IMG/VR virus record: IMGVR_UViG_3300033075_001761
Direction: 5' to 3' (one strand)
Length of the DNA: 64,000 bases
From: a virus
Lineage: Duplodnaviria > Heunggongvirae > Uroviricota > Caudoviricetes
A program made the position numbers and the translations under genes. Under the pieces are notes generated by a model. The model was not told the DNA's origin. It worked only from the letters and a program-made list of their open reading frames with translations, and ran no database searches. Each line of letters opens with the position of its first letter. Positions within the stretch are counted from its first letter, which is position 1. Below, piece after piece: positions 18,927 through 28,686 of the stretch.

Positions 18927-19180
18927 CAATTATAGAATGCATTTTTTTGTGTCTTATTTGTTTAGTTATTGGAGTTGTTTTTGGCTGGTTTTTTACTGCA
19001 TTAGCTTTTAGCAAAGACAAACGTTACGTTCTTTTAAAGGAACACGATGTTATTTTGCACAGGTATGATTTAGAGATTTTGGTTGCATCAGCGCCAAGGC
19101 ATGTGAAGAGAAGATTGATTGAAGAAAGAGCAGGAAAGATAAAAGAGATTGCAGAACAAGAGCTTAAAGAAGAAGAATAA
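18923..19180 (+). CDS. small single-TM membrane protein
   Basis: 85 aa. N-terminal TM LCLICLVIGVVFGWFFTALAF and a charged C-terminus. Confidence 0.4.
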   Translation: MTIIECIFLCLICLVIGVVFGWFFTALAFSKDKRYVLLKEHDVILHRYDLEILVASAPRHVKRRLIEERAGKIKEIAEQELKEEE

Positions 19181-19218
19181 AATCCGCACATCGGTTGACC
19201 GATTGTTTGGTTTCAAAT

Positions 19219-19262
19219 AAAAGATTTGCAGGATTCATTTAAAATCCTCTTAAAACTTTTTT
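19219..19262 (+). terminator. candidate rho-independent terminator (AGGATT-N7-AATCCT hairpin plus a T-run)
   Basis: Hairpin at 19222-19240 followed by CTTAAAACTTTTTTT. A second small hairpin, ATCGG-TTGA-CCGAT, lies at 19190-19203. Confidence 0.3.
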
Positions 19263-19274
19263 TGGAGAAAACTA

Positions 19275-19961
19275 ATGTTCTTTAAAGGCGAAGACGCAAT
19301 TGATTCTGAAGCAAAGCGATTGGCGGCAGTGAAGGCTCAAAGGCTGAATCAACCTCCGCTATTTTGGCTTAAAACAGGAGAAACAAAAGAAGTTATTATG
19401 TTGGACGATGATTTCATCAGCTATTATGAGCACTACATGGTTGAAGGAAACGATTGGAAAAATGCTGTTCGTGAAATGTGTATTGGGGATACATCTTGCC
19501 CTTTGTGTACCCATGGTGTTCGCAGAAGCCTAGTAAGTCTTTTGTCTTTGGTGGATACAAGCGAATGGACTGACAAGCAGGGAAATATTCACAAGAACGA
19601 AAAGAAGATCATGAAGATTAACAACGCACAAGCGATTAATCTTAAAATCCTTAAGGCAAACTTAGGAGGTCTTAAGGGAAAGAGGCTTCAGATCACCAGG
19701 CCAACCGATAAAGATCCAAATACTGGGTCTGCGTTCATTCCTATGGCCAAGGACGGCAAGGTTGTTTCGTATGATCTCGTTGCTCAAGCGGCGCAAGGAA
19801 AAGACGTTTCTCCATTAGATTATAAAAAGCACTTCGTTCAGAAGACTTCTGAAGAGCTGAAAAAGCTCGTTATGCACAAAGGCGTTAAAGTTTCTACGCT
19901 AAACCTAGATGACGATTCTAGTCCATCTCCAAAAGCGGACGACGAAGATATTCCGTTTTAG
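19275..19961 (+). CDS. putative single-stranded DNA-binding protein (T4 gp32-like Zn-binding type)
   Basis: Cys/His cluster H..CIGDTSCPLCTHG and patchy similarity to the gp32 core. Sits at the head of the helicase-RecA-nuclease-RuvC block. Identity is tentative. Confidence 0.4.
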   Translation: MFFKGEDAIDSEAKRLAAVKAQRLNQPPLFWLKTGETKEVIMLDDDFISYYEHYMVEGNDWKNAVREMCIGDTSCPLCTHGVRRSLVSLLSLVDTSEWTDKQGNIHKNEKKIMKINNAQAINLKILKANLGGLKGKRLQITRPTDKDPNTGSAFIPMAKDGKVVSYDLVAQAAQGKDVSPLDYKKHFVQKTSEELKKLVMHKGVKVSTLNLDDDSSPSPKADDEDIPF

Positions 19962-19995
19962 TTTTGACTCTAGACAAAATTCATCTTGGTGATCT

Positions 19996-21372
19996 GTGGA
20001 CGTTATTATTTCAAATTTGGCCTGGCTTAAGCAGTCGGATCTTGATTCATATGATGTGTATTTCATTAAAAATGATTGCACTATAGTTCCACGGGCTGGC
20101 GCAGATTGGATGCCCAACAAAGAGCCCGTAGTCCTTTACAGGAAAGAAGGCGATTACGTTGGTATCCCAAGATTTTACTATGAAGAAGTCTTTAAGAAAA
20201 AGTCTTTGGAAAGACATCCGCCATTCAGATTTAAAGAAATAAACAAGATTCCAAAAGGAAGGTCTATAAAAAAATATGAGCCATCCATAAATCTTTATGA
20301 ACAACAGAAAGAAGCGGTCGATGAATTTTTGTCAAAGGTTAAGGATGATTCAAAGATTTTTTCTGGAGGAATTTTTTCTGCCCATGTAGGAGCTGGGAAA
20401 ACAATTTGTAGCTTTTATATTGCAAATGCGTTGGGCGGAAAAACGCTTGTATTAGCACACACAGAACCTCTTTTAGATCAGCTAAGAAGAAGTCTTCTGA
20501 TGTTGTTTCCTGATGCGACAATCGGAAGGATTCAGGGTAAGGTTTGTGATTATGAAGGCAAGGATTTTGTTTTTGCAACGCTTCAATCATTGATGAATGA
20601 ATCTGGAGATAAATATCCAGCAGAGATTTTTGATTATTTTGAAACTGTTGTGATCGATGAAATGCACAGATCTGGAGCCGCTTCGTTTTCCACGGTAGTT
20701 CCTAAATTTTCAGTAAGATATACAGTTGGGCTTACAGGGACTTCAAGAAGAGCAGATGGTTGTGAGAACGTATTTTATTACTATATTGGCTCTATCGCTT
20801 CAACGATGAAGCAAGACAGTAGGCTCATTCCATCCGTATGGGTTAGAGAGACTGGCTTCAATCATATGTCTTTGTATGATTCCAAGCATAAGCCAAAAAT
20901 TGTAACGGCATTAGCGGCAAGCAAGAAGCGTTCAATGCTGATTGCTGAACATGTTTTCAAAGCAATGGAGCGAGGAAGAAATCCTTTAGTGATGAGTGAG
21001 AGGATTTCTATTTTGCAGGATATTTATTCGTTTGTAGAAACTATGATCAAAGCAAAGAATCTTCCATATACACAGGACTTCTATATTGGCGGTAAAGATG
21101 AAGACGCATTGATTAAAGCAAGTCAGGCAACTGCTGTTTATGCAACGATTCAGATTGCACGAGAAGGAATAGACATAAAAAGGCTTGATACTCTTTTTTT
21201 GACAACGCCAGTTTCAGATGTCGAGCAAGTTTCTGGACGAGTAACAAGGGTGCTTGAAGGAAAGAAGGAGCCTTTGATTGTTGATTATGTGGACAGCAAT
21301 ATTGTCTTATGCCAAGGGAGTTTTAATTCCAGGATGAGATTTTACAGAAAACTTGGATGCAAGATTATTTAA
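19996..21372 (+). CDS. SF2 DNA helicase (DEAH-type, XPB/UvsW-like)
   Basis: Motif I AHVGAGKT, motif II VVIDEMH, motif III GLTGTS, motif VI QVSGRVTR. GTG start. Confidence 0.65.
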   Translation: MDVIISNLAWLKQSDLDSYDVYFIKNDCTIVPRAGADWMPNKEPVVLYRKEGDYVGIPRFYYEEVFKKKSLERHPPFRFKEINKIPKGRSIKKYEPSINLYEQQKEAVDEFLSKVKDDSKIFSGGIFSAHVGAGKTICSFYIANALGGKTLVLAHTEPLLDQLRRSLLMLFPDATIGRIQGKVCDYEGKDFVFATLQSLMNESGDKYPAEIFDYFETVVIDEMHRSGAASFSTVVPKFSVRYTVGLTGTSRRADGCENVFYYYIGSIASTMKQDSRLIPSVWVRETGFNHMSLYDSKHKPKIVTALAASKKRSMLIAEHVFKAMERGRNPLVMSERISILQDIYSFVETMIKAKNLPYTQDFYIGGKDEDALIKASQATAVYATIQIAREGIDIKRLDTLFLTTPVSDVEQVSGRVTRVLEGKKEPLIVDYVDSNIVLCQGSFNSRMRFYRKLGCKII

Positions 21373-21373
21373 T

Positions 21374-21823
21374 AAAGGAGAGATCATGACCGAAGAAGTT
21401 GTTTTAGACTCAAATAGTTCGGAAGAGGCAGCAGGAACGCTCTCGTTTGAGACTAAAAAAAGAGGCCGTCCTAAAAAGGTTGTATCAGACACAGTGACTA
21501 CAACGCTTTCTGTTGGATCAAAGAAGCACACAGGGCCAGGAACAGAGTCGCAACCAGAAGTCACAAAAACAAAAACAAATCATAGAGAAGTTTGTACAGA
21601 GTCTATGGCCAGGGTTGCTGGTACATGGGGAATTACAAAGAGTCTTGGGAATTATGAGTTTGCTAGAGTTGACGTTCAGATAGAGCATTATTGCGAAAAG
21701 GGAAAAGAGACTCAAAAAATTATTGAGCTAGAACAAATTGCCTGTGATTATTTGAGTGTAATGGTCATGGATGTTGCTGAGAAGATTTTTAAAGAGAAGA
21801 AACTTAAGGATACATCTCTATGA
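21374..21823 (+). CDS. AT-hook-containing DNA-binding protein
   Basis: SD AAGGAGagatcATG. KKRGRPKKV AT-hook in the N-terminal region. Track ORF 21353. Confidence 0.45.
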   Translation, partial: KGEIMTEEVVLDSNSSEEAAGTLSFETKKRGRPKKVVSDTVTTTLSVGSKKHTGPGTESQPEVTKTKTNHREVCTESMARVAGTWGITKSLGNYEFARVDVQIEHYCEKGKETQKIIELEQIACDYLSVMVMDVAEKIFKEKKLKDTSL

Positions 21824-22959
21824 GCAAAGACAAGCCAGCAGAAAAGTCTAATCAATTAGACGAAAAGCCTGTTTCAAAAAGAGAGCTTGCCAGACAAGGC
21901 GTGCTGGCAGTCATTAATAAGAAATTTAATCTTAGGGTTACGAACCATAATTCCGAATATGTACCCATGTACAGATTGTCTACAGGGGTTTTCTCTCTCG
22001 ACGTTGCTACGCATGGCGGAATTCCAATGGGAAGAGTTACAAAAATCCATGGTTCTTCGTCGAGCGGAAAGACTACCATTGCCTACAGGCTTATTGCTGA
22101 TGCTCAAAGGCGATCTCAAGAGACTGGAAAGTATCTTTTTGAAGAGAAAGATCCAAAAAACAAAGTTCCAATGAAGGCTATATTTTTTGATTTAGAAGGT
22201 ACGTTCGATAAAGAATGGGCGGCATACCACGGCGTTAATTTGTCGGAGCTTGATTACATTAAACCGTCAACAGCGGAAGAGACGGGAACATCTATTGCCG
22301 CGCTTATTAGAGCCGGAGCCTATGATTTGATTGTGCTTGATTCGTTGGCGCAAATGATCTCAGCACAAGAGTTTGATAGCGCACTGGAAGAGCATAATGT
22401 TGGAATATCTGCTAAGCAGAACAATAAGATGTTTAGGCAGGTTCAAGCCGCGCTAAATGAGTTGGCTAAAGATCCTGATCGAAAAATACTTCCAGCATTG
22501 ATTGTGTTGAATCAACAAAGAGCTGGGATGAGTATGTATGGTCCGAAATTAATCGAACCAGGCGGAGAGGGTCAGAAGTTCGCCGTTTCTGTGAACATAA
22601 AGCTGTCAGGAAATAAGATCGATTACTTTGATAAAGACAAAAAATACCCAAGAGCAACAACGATTACGTTCTTGATTGAAAAGAACAAGACAGGCGCGCC
22701 TAAGGTTGAAGGCGATTTTGAAATGGCTGTGGCCAATGATCCAGATGGAGAGTTCAAAAAGGGACAGATTTTTGAAGAAAAGAATGTTGTAGATTTTGCA
22801 GAGAAGTGTGGGTTTTTATCCAAGGATGGAGCTAAGTGGAAAATGTTTGACGAGATTCATCCAAGAAAAGAAGATGTTCTTGAGAAGTGGTTTCGCAATG
22901 CTGATAGATATGCATTTGTGAAGGCCAACATTCTTAAGACTCTTTTTCAAAAGAGTTAG
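21820..22959 (+). CDS. recA: RecA-family recombinase
   Basis: LDVATHGGIPMGRVTKIHGSSSSGKTTIAYRLIADAQ (Walker A), IVLDSLAQM (Walker B region), LIVLNQQR and the GGEGQKFAVSVNIKL L2-region. Collinear with E. coli RecA. Confidence 0.7.
   Translation: MSKDKPAEKSNQLDEKPVSKRELARQGVLAVINKKFNLRVTNHNSEYVPMYRLSTGVFSLDVATHGGIPMGRVTKIHGSSSSGKTTIAYRLIADAQRRSQETGKYLFEEKDPKNKVPMKAIFFDLEGTFDKEWAAYHGVNLSELDYIKPSTAEETGTSIAALIRAGAYDLIVLDSLAQMISAQEFDSALEEHNVGISAKQNNKMFRQVQAALNELAKDPDRKILPALIVLNQQRAGMSMYGPKLIEPGGEGQKFAVSVNIKLSGNKIDYFDKDKKYPRATTITFLIEKNKTGAPKVEGDFEMAVANDPDGEFKKGQIFEEKNVVDFAEKCGFLSKDGAKWKMFDEIHPRKEDVLEKWFRNADRYAFVKANILKTLFQKS
21846..21861. repeat. 16-bp palindromic motif copy, GTCTAATCAATTAGAC (perfect)
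   Basis: Read directly. Lies in the first codons of recA (encodes KSNQLD). Confidence 0.7.
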
Positions 22960-22961
22960 GC

Positions 22962-23375
22962 ATGTGGGGAAATAAGAAAAAGCCAAAAGACCCAATGAGA
23001 GACTTTTTTGAGTCTCAAAGGGAAAGGAAAACAGGTCACGAATCTGTGTTTAGACATGAAGAGCAAGCAGCAGAGCTTGTAGGTGGAAAGAGGCATAAAG
23101 GAAGCGGATCTGTGAGTGGTCATAAGTCTGACGCCAGCTCGGAAGATTTCCAGGTTGAATGCAAACAGACAGAGAAAGAGTCCATTTCTATAAAGCTAGA
23201 ATGGCTTGACAAGATTAGTAGAGAAGCTTTTGGAAGAGGTAGAAAGCCGCTCCTTCACATAAGATTTCTTCAGGCAGATGGCATCATGAATCAAAAAGAT
23301 TGGGTTCTCATTTCAGCTAAGGATTTTAAAAATTATGTTGTTTGTGGATTTTCTTCAGAAGACATTATTCAGTAA
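22962..23375 (+). CDS. hypothetical protein
   Basis: 137-aa basic protein immediately after recA. Confidence 0.45.
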   Translation: MWGNKKKPKDPMRDFFESQRERKTGHESVFRHEEQAAELVGGKRHKGSGSVSGHKSDASSEDFQVECKQTEKESISIKLEWLDKISREAFGRGRKPLLHIRFLQADGIMNQKDWVLISAKDFKNYVVCGFSSEDIIQ

Positions 23376-24186
23376 GAGCGAGCTTCTTCAGAGCGTTTTA
23401 AAAGGCGAAGAAAGGGATAAGTATCCGTATGTTGTTGGTAGCGTAATTAGGGCTAGCGGAGCTTATAATCTATGCCCAAGAGAAGAGTTTATATGCTCAA
23501 AAGAAGAGCTTGTTCGTAAGGACAAAATTTCTCCTAAAACCAATGTTATTTTTAAACATGGTAGGGTTTTTGAGTCGTGGTTTAGAGATGAAGTTTTGGG
23601 CGACGCTGGGAAAGTTATTGGTAAATGGAAGTGTTTGAAGTGCGAGCATATTCCAAATGAAGTCGCTGGAATTAAAAGGTATTTAAAGCCTTCTGTTTGC
23701 CAGAAGTGTTTTGGAACAAGGTTTGAATATATGGAAGAGTTTGCGCTTGACCAAGAAACAGGTATTGGCGGAAGTTGTGATGGATTTTTGTATCACAACA
23801 ATGAGTATTTCATTCTAGAAATGAAGACCAGCAACAACTATTCGTATCAATCATTCAAGAACGCTGTCGGCGATTCTCATAGAGTTCAAGTCAATATTTA
23901 CATGTGGCTGTTTGGGTATAGGGCGGCAAGGGTATTTTATTTTAACAAAGATACTGGCGATACTTGTGAGCATGTGGTTTCTATTGATTGGGATATTGTG
24001 AATCGGATTAAGAGTCGGGCAAAGCAGCTTCAAGAATCTATGAGAACAAACAATCCACCGCAAAAGATTTGCTCAATAATAGATTGTAAAAGAGCAAAGA
24101 GTTGTTCTGTAAAAGATATTTGTTTTAGTGATAAATATGAACATAAAGTAGCTGAGGATATTTTCCTTCCGGCAGATTTTGAATGA
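23335..24186 (+). CDS. Cas4/RecB-like PD-(D/E)xK nuclease with a Cys cluster
   Basis: N-terminal YNLCPRE motif. Core CDGFLYHNNEYFILEMKTS (D...E.K). C-terminal CSIIDCKRAKSC cysteines consistent with an Fe-S cluster. Confidence 0.5.
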   Translation: MLFVDFLQKTLFSKSELLQSVLKGEERDKYPYVVGSVIRASGAYNLCPREEFICSKEELVRKDKISPKTNVIFKHGRVFESWFRDEVLGDAGKVIGKWKCLKCEHIPNEVAGIKRYLKPSVCQKCFGTRFEYMEEFALDQETGIGGSCDGFLYHNNEYFILEMKTSNNYSYQSFKNAVGDSHRVQVNIYMWLFGYRAARVFYFNKDTGDTCEHVVSIDWDIVNRIKSRAKQLQESMRTNNPPQKICSIIDCKRAKSCSVKDICFSDKYEHKVAEDIFLPADFE

Positions 24187-24755
24187 ATAATAATATAGCA
24201 AGAAAAAACGTTGTAGCTGGGCTTGATCTTAGCCTTAGGGGAGCTGGAGTTGCTGTTATAGGGCTGGATGGAGCCGTCAGTGCCGCAACCTTTGGATATC
24301 CACTAAGCAAAGAGAGTACAGATAGAGATAGGCTGGAAAGAATTTTAAAGGTCACGTCTCAGCTCATGGATTTTTTAAAGCTCCACAATGTTAATTATAT
24401 TGGAGTTGAAAATTATGCGTTCAGCAAAATGAACTCAATCAGTTGCCAGGCAGAGCTTGGCGGCGTTGTTAAGAGTCAAATTTATGTTTCTATGAAAATA
24501 GTCCCCATAACCATACCAGTTACTTCTGTAAGAAAATTTGTTCTTGGTAAGTCTACAAACAGCAAAGTAACAGTTCAAAAGCATTTTAAAGCACTTGGAT
24601 ACATTCTTAAGACGGCAGATGAATATGATGCTCTTGCTGTAGCGTATTTAACGGACTTCTGGGCGAATGATAGAAATTGTGGCGGAAACAAATATCATTC
24701 AGAGTTATTGGATAGACTAGATCTTCAATCTAGCAAATCAATACAATCAAGATAA
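24183..24755 (+). CDS. ruvC: RuvC-like Holliday junction resolvase
   Basis: GLDLSLRGAGVAV (motif I), central E, and C-terminal DEYDALAVAY (DA.DALA motif). Confidence 0.6.
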   Translation: MNNNIARKNVVAGLDLSLRGAGVAVIGLDGAVSAATFGYPLSKESTDRDRLERILKVTSQLMDFLKLHNVNYIGVENYAFSKMNSISCQAELGGVVKSQIYVSMKIVPITIPVTSVRKFVLGKSTNSKVTVQKHFKALGYILKTADEYDALAVAYLTDFWANDRNCGGNKYHSELLDRLDLQSSKSIQSR

Positions 24756-24824
24756 ATTTGACCGCTTTGTAAAAAATAGTTACAAGATTCCAATAAATCA
24801 AAATTCACATTCAGGAGTCCTAAG

Positions 24825-25790
24825 ATGGATATTGCTGACGAAGTTTTTTCAAGCCCAGCAGAAGTTATTGAGAAGAAAAAGCGCGGCAAAAAGGTTCAAG
24901 AAGAGCAGGAAGAAGTAAGCATTATTTCTATTTCAGACTTAGCTCCTGTATCTGAATTCAATCTCTCAACCATTGATTTTGAGTCTACAGAGGAAGATTT
25001 GGATGATGTTGTTGTGGTTGATGAAGAGTTAGAAAAGTTCAGAGAAGAAGTTCGGAATAAGATAAATGAGATTCAAAATACTTATTGGTTTCTTGGAGAG
25101 GCTTTAACAAGAATCAGTAAAGACAAGCTGTTTAAGTCGTGGGGTCATAAGACCTTTAATGAATACATTGAGCGTGAGTGTAATCACGCGAAGAGTTCTG
25201 TTTATTCGTTAATGAAGACGTATGATTATTTTCATACACAAATAAAAGAAAAGCTTTCAACAAAGCCAGAAGCCTATCCTGTTCTTATTGATGCCGCAAA
25301 GCTCGTTGGCTGGGCAAAAAGCAGCAAGGTGGCCCAAGAACAGGTCGTTACTACAGAAAACTATAAAGAAGTGATCGAGAGCATGAAGACAATGACCGTC
25401 TCTCAGCTCGACGCTCATTTAAAAGAAATTCGATCTCAATTGTCGCCAGAAGAGGCTTCTGATGCCATTGAGGACAATGATTTAAAAACAGTAAAGAAAA
25501 GCTTTGCTTTGACTCTGTTTCAAAAAGAAGTCGTCGAACGGGCGATTGAAAAGGCTAAAGGCATTTTGAGAGAAGGAGCTTCGGACTCAAAGGCAATTTC
25601 CATGATCTGCGGAGAGTTTGATTCAGATCACGAATCTTCTGGGGAGTCTTCTGTTGCAGAGTTTGCTTCAAAGATTGAGCGAACTACAGACTATAACGTG
25701 ATCCTTGTCTCTAAAAATTATGACAAGATTTTGTATGGAACAGAGACTATGGCAAAATTGGCAGAAGAACCAAATGCTACAGAAAATTAA
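24825..25790 (+). CDS. acidic hypothetical protein
   Basis: 321 aa with a highly acidic N-terminus. SD AGGAG upstream. Confidence 0.45.
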   Translation: MDIADEVFSSPAEVIEKKKRGKKVQEEQEEVSIISISDLAPVSEFNLSTIDFESTEEDLDDVVVVDEELEKFREEVRNKINEIQNTYWFLGEALTRISKDKLFKSWGHKTFNEYIERECNHAKSSVYSLMKTYDYFHTQIKEKLSTKPEAYPVLIDAAKLVGWAKSSKVAQEQVVTTENYKEVIESMKTMTVSQLDAHLKEIRSQLSPEEASDAIEDNDLKTVKKSFALTLFQKEVVERAIEKAKGILREGASDSKAISMICGEFDSDHESSGESSVAEFASKIERTTDYNVILVSKNYDKILYGTETMAKLAEEPNATEN

Positions 25791-25833
25791 GCTTAAATTT
25801 AGGCGCTTGTTACGCATAAGAACGAGGTTGGGC

Positions 25834-26166
25834 GTGCAAAATATAGATTTTGAAGTTCCGTTGGTCCAGGGTGATACGGGCCCGACGATTCAGTTTGAAA
25901 TCACAGATGCCGACGGAGAACCTGTAGACCTAGACGGAAAGACGGTTGGCTTTACCATTAAGAGGTTTGGAGAATCTCAGGCAGTCAACCAAACCGCCTC
26001 GGGGTGTACGATTGAATCTGCGTCAGGCGGCATTGTTAACTATGATTTTGGGTCTGATGTTCTTTCTAGGGCTGGATCATATTTTGGAGATGTTATTATT
26101 TTTGACGGATTAAAAACAACTGTGAGCAGGGCTGTTAGATTTCTTGTTAGAGACAATAATCAGTGA
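25834..26166 (+). CDS. BppU_N-like Ig-fold domain protein (DUF2479-like)
   Basis: IDFEVPLVQGDTGPTIQFEITDADGEPVDLDGKTVGFTIKRFG matches the baseplate-upper-protein N-domain pattern. GTG start chosen to avoid overlap. Track 25705. Confidence 0.4.
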   Translation: MQNIDFEVPLVQGDTGPTIQFEITDADGEPVDLDGKTVGFTIKRFGESQAVNQTASGCTIESASGGIVNYDFGSDVLSRAGSYFGDVIIFDGLKTTVSRAVRFLVRDNNQ

Positions 26167-26168
26167 AA

Positions 26169-26184
26169 TTCTAATTGATTGGAC
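26169..26184. repeat. 16-bp palindromic motif copy, TTCTAATTGATTGGAC (2 mismatches)
   Basis: In the intergenic region between the 26166 stop and the 26190 start. Confidence 0.45.
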
Positions 26185-26189
26185 TTTAG

Positions 26190-26591
26190 ATGAGTAATGA
26201 ATACCTAGAAGAATTCAGAGATAGTTCTCATGTAATTTTTGAAGATAGAATTCAAGGAATTGAGATCTGGGCTGGCGACCTGTTTGAGGCAAAAACAGTG
26301 AAGGGCCATACGAATCTAATAGTAGCGATGCGCGTTAAAGACGGACATATGTTTTATAGCCACGGAGATAAGGTAAAGAAAACTCCCATTGCCGACTTTA
26401 TAAAAGCTATCGAATGGGGCGATTTGCAAATACGGCTACCAAAAGAAATAGACACAGATAGATTATCTCAGGTGGCAATTGGGCTGGACGCCATTGCCAA
26501 CAGAAGAACTGGACAACAGCAGATCGAACACTTGGAGTGTTCGGCTGAAGAGAGGCTTAGAACAGGTCATCCAAGCATAGATCTTGGGTAA
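26190..26591 (+). CDS. hypothetical protein
   Basis: 133-aa ORF. Confidence 0.45.
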   Translation: MSNEYLEEFRDSSHVIFEDRIQGIEIWAGDLFEAKTVKGHTNLIVAMRVKDGHMFYSHGDKVKKTPIADFIKAIEWGDLQIRLPKEIDTDRLSQVAIGLDAIANRRTGQQQIEHLECSAEERLRTGHPSIDLG

Positions 26592-26605
26592 AAATGAGGA
26601 CGTAA

Positions 26606-27598
26606 ATGATTCTTGTTTTTGGCTCGAAAGGCCAGCTTGGTAAAAGGATGTGCCAAAACCTAGAATCACTTGGGTTGGATTTTTGTTCTTTAAGCAGAGA
26701 TGATTTTGACTTTGAGGATTTGTTGCTTGTTAGAAAAGCGATTTCAGAAATTAGGCCAGAAGTTATTTTAAACTGCGTTGGCTATACAAATGTAGCCATG
26801 GCAGAAAAAGAACGCGAAAAGGCCATGTACCTGAATGCAGTTATCCCAAGGGTTTTGTGCGAAGAGCAGAAGAAGCATTTTGGGTGTGTCGTTCATTTTT
26901 CTACGGACTATGTGTTTGATGGAGAAAAAGAAGAGCCTTATTTAGAAACAGATTCTCCGAATCCAATAAATTATTACGGATATACAAAATTAGAGGGTGA
27001 GAACTTAGTTAAAGCATCCAGAACTCCATATTTAATCTTTAGAATTGGATGGGTTTATTCTTCTGACGATACTTCTTTTGTGATGAGAGTATCAAAAAAG
27101 TTGGCCATGGAAGACGGTGCAAAGGTTGTTATTGATCAGGTGGGCACTCCGAACTCAGCCGACTGGGTGGCGTTTCAGGTGTGTAGTTTGCTGTATAATT
27201 ATAGGAAAGACATGTGTTCTTTTGTTGCGGCAAAAAAAGGTGTTTATCATTTGTCAGCAAGTGGCAGTTGTTCGTGGTATGATTTTGCGCTTAAAATTTC
27301 GTCAATACTTCCAAGAACAAACAATAAAGTCAGAGAAGTTGGCGTTTTGTTTTCTTGTGATGGAATTTTTGGAAATCTTAAAAGACCATTGTTTTCTGTT
27401 TTAGATAACCAGAAGTCTAAATCTTTGCTCAGATTAGAAATTCCAGATTGGGAGATCTTGTTTAGAGAAACAATGACAGAGCATTTAGAATCTATGCAGA
27501 TAGCCGACAAAAAAATTGTTCGGAAATTAATCATTCCTCCATGGCAGGAAGAAAAGAAAAAAATTAAAAAAAGGAAAAGAAAATGGCGAAGCAAGTAG
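26606..27598 (+). CDS. rmlD: dTDP-4-dehydrorhamnose reductase family (RmlD-like NAD(P)H 4-ketoreductase)
   Basis: ILVFGSKGQLG Rossmann motif, YYGYTK (YxxxK), RmlD-like length. Lys/Arg-rich C-terminal tail overlaps the next gene. No RmlC is present, so the sugar product is uncertain. Confidence 0.55.
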   Translation: MILVFGSKGQLGKRMCQNLESLGLDFCSLSRDDFDFEDLLLVRKAISEIRPEVILNCVGYTNVAMAEKEREKAMYLNAVIPRVLCEEQKKHFGCVVHFSTDYVFDGEKEEPYLETDSPNPINYYGYTKLEGENLVKASRTPYLIFRIGWVYSSDDTSFVMRVSKKLAMEDGAKVVIDQVGTPNSADWVAFQVCSLLYNYRKDMCSFVAAKKGVYHLSASGSCSWYDFALKISSILPRTNNKVREVGVLFSCDGIFGNLKRPLFSVLDNQKSKSLLRLEIPDWEILFRETMTEHLESMQIADKKIVRKLIIPPWQEEKKKIKKRKRKWRSK

Positions 27599-28686
27599 CC
27601 GATACGTACTTAATTACTGGCGGGCTAGGGTTTATTGCCAGCAATTTTATTTTAGACTTATGCTCAAAAGAATCCCCAGTCATAGTAAATATTGATTTGA
27701 TGACCTATGCGGCAAGCAGATCGAACCTGAAGGGCCTTAAGAATCATGGGTATCACTTAAAAATTATAGACATTGGCAATGAATATCATGTTGCCAAGAT
27801 ACTTAAGCAATACAAGCCAAATATAATTGTAAATTTTGCATCAGAATCACATGTAGATAATTCAATTGATGGACCTGAGGCTTTTTTAAAGCACAACGTA
27901 GTTTCTCATTTTAATTTCATAAAGGCTTGTTCTGATTATTTTCAAAAGCTTTCAGACCAAGACAAGGCCAGGTTTAAGTTTCTTCACGTAAACACAGATG
28001 AGGTTTACGGTTCTTTAAAAAAAGACGAACCACCATTTCATGAAGGCATGAAGTTTCAAACAAATTCTATCTACTCAGCAACAAAAGCTTGTCAGAGTCA
28101 TTTTTTAAGAGCTTTTCATGAGACATGGAAGTTTCCGTATATGGAAACGCATTGTTCAAACAACTATGGTCCAAGGCAGCACAAAGAAAAGCTGATTCCA
28201 AAAACAATTATAAACGCATGGATGGATAGGCCAATTCCTGTTTACGGGACTGGAACCAACGTCAGAGATTGGATTCATGTTAGCGATCACTGCTCTGCGC
28301 TTAGTCACATTTTGAAGAACGGAAAAAACGGTCATTCGTATAATATTGGCGCAGAAAACGAGATCTCAAATATTGAAATTGTGAATATGATTTGTGAGAT
28401 CGTTGATAGGCATAAGGGTGTTGAGCCGTCTTCTAAAAAGTCTTCTAAGAATTTGATTAAATTTGTTGAGGACAGAAAAGGCCATGATTTCAGGTATGCA
28501 ATCGACAATAGAAAAATTTATTCTGAAATTAAATGGATTCCTTTAAAAAAGTTCCACTCAGGTCTAGAAGAGACTGTTTCTTGGTACTTAAAAAATGTTG
28601 TACCAACAGAAATGCAGGTTCCAGTAAAGTTTCCTCAAGAAGAAGAAATTCATGAAGATACTATTGAAGAAGGGGAAGAAGAATGA
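27583..28686 (+). CDS. rmlB: dTDP-glucose 4,6-dehydratase
   Basis: YLITGGLGFIASNF (GxxGxxG) and YSATKACQSHF (YxxxK). Collinear with RmlB. Confidence 0.7.
   Translation: MAKQVADTYLITGGLGFIASNFILDLCSKESPVIVNIDLMTYAASRSNLKGLKNHGYHLKIIDIGNEYHVAKILKQYKPNIIVNFASESHVDNSIDGPEAFLKHNVVSHFNFIKACSDYFQKLSDQDKARFKFLHVNTDEVYGSLKKDEPPFHEGMKFQTNSIYSATKACQSHFLRAFHETWKFPYMETHCSNNYGPRQHKEKLIPKTIINAWMDRPIPVYGTGTNVRDWIHVSDHCSALSHILKNGKNGHSYNIGAENEISNIEIVNMICEIVDRHKGVEPSSKKSSKNLIKFVEDRKGHDFRYAIDNRKIYSEIKWIPLKKFHSGLEETVSWYLKNVVPTEMQVPVKFPQEEEIHEDTIEEGEEE

Noticed and set aside
19275-19961. Confident T4 gp32 orthology
   Set aside because: Similarity is patchy and the Cys/His spacing does not obviously match the gp32 Zn site. 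I kept it as a tentative SSB based mainly on context.
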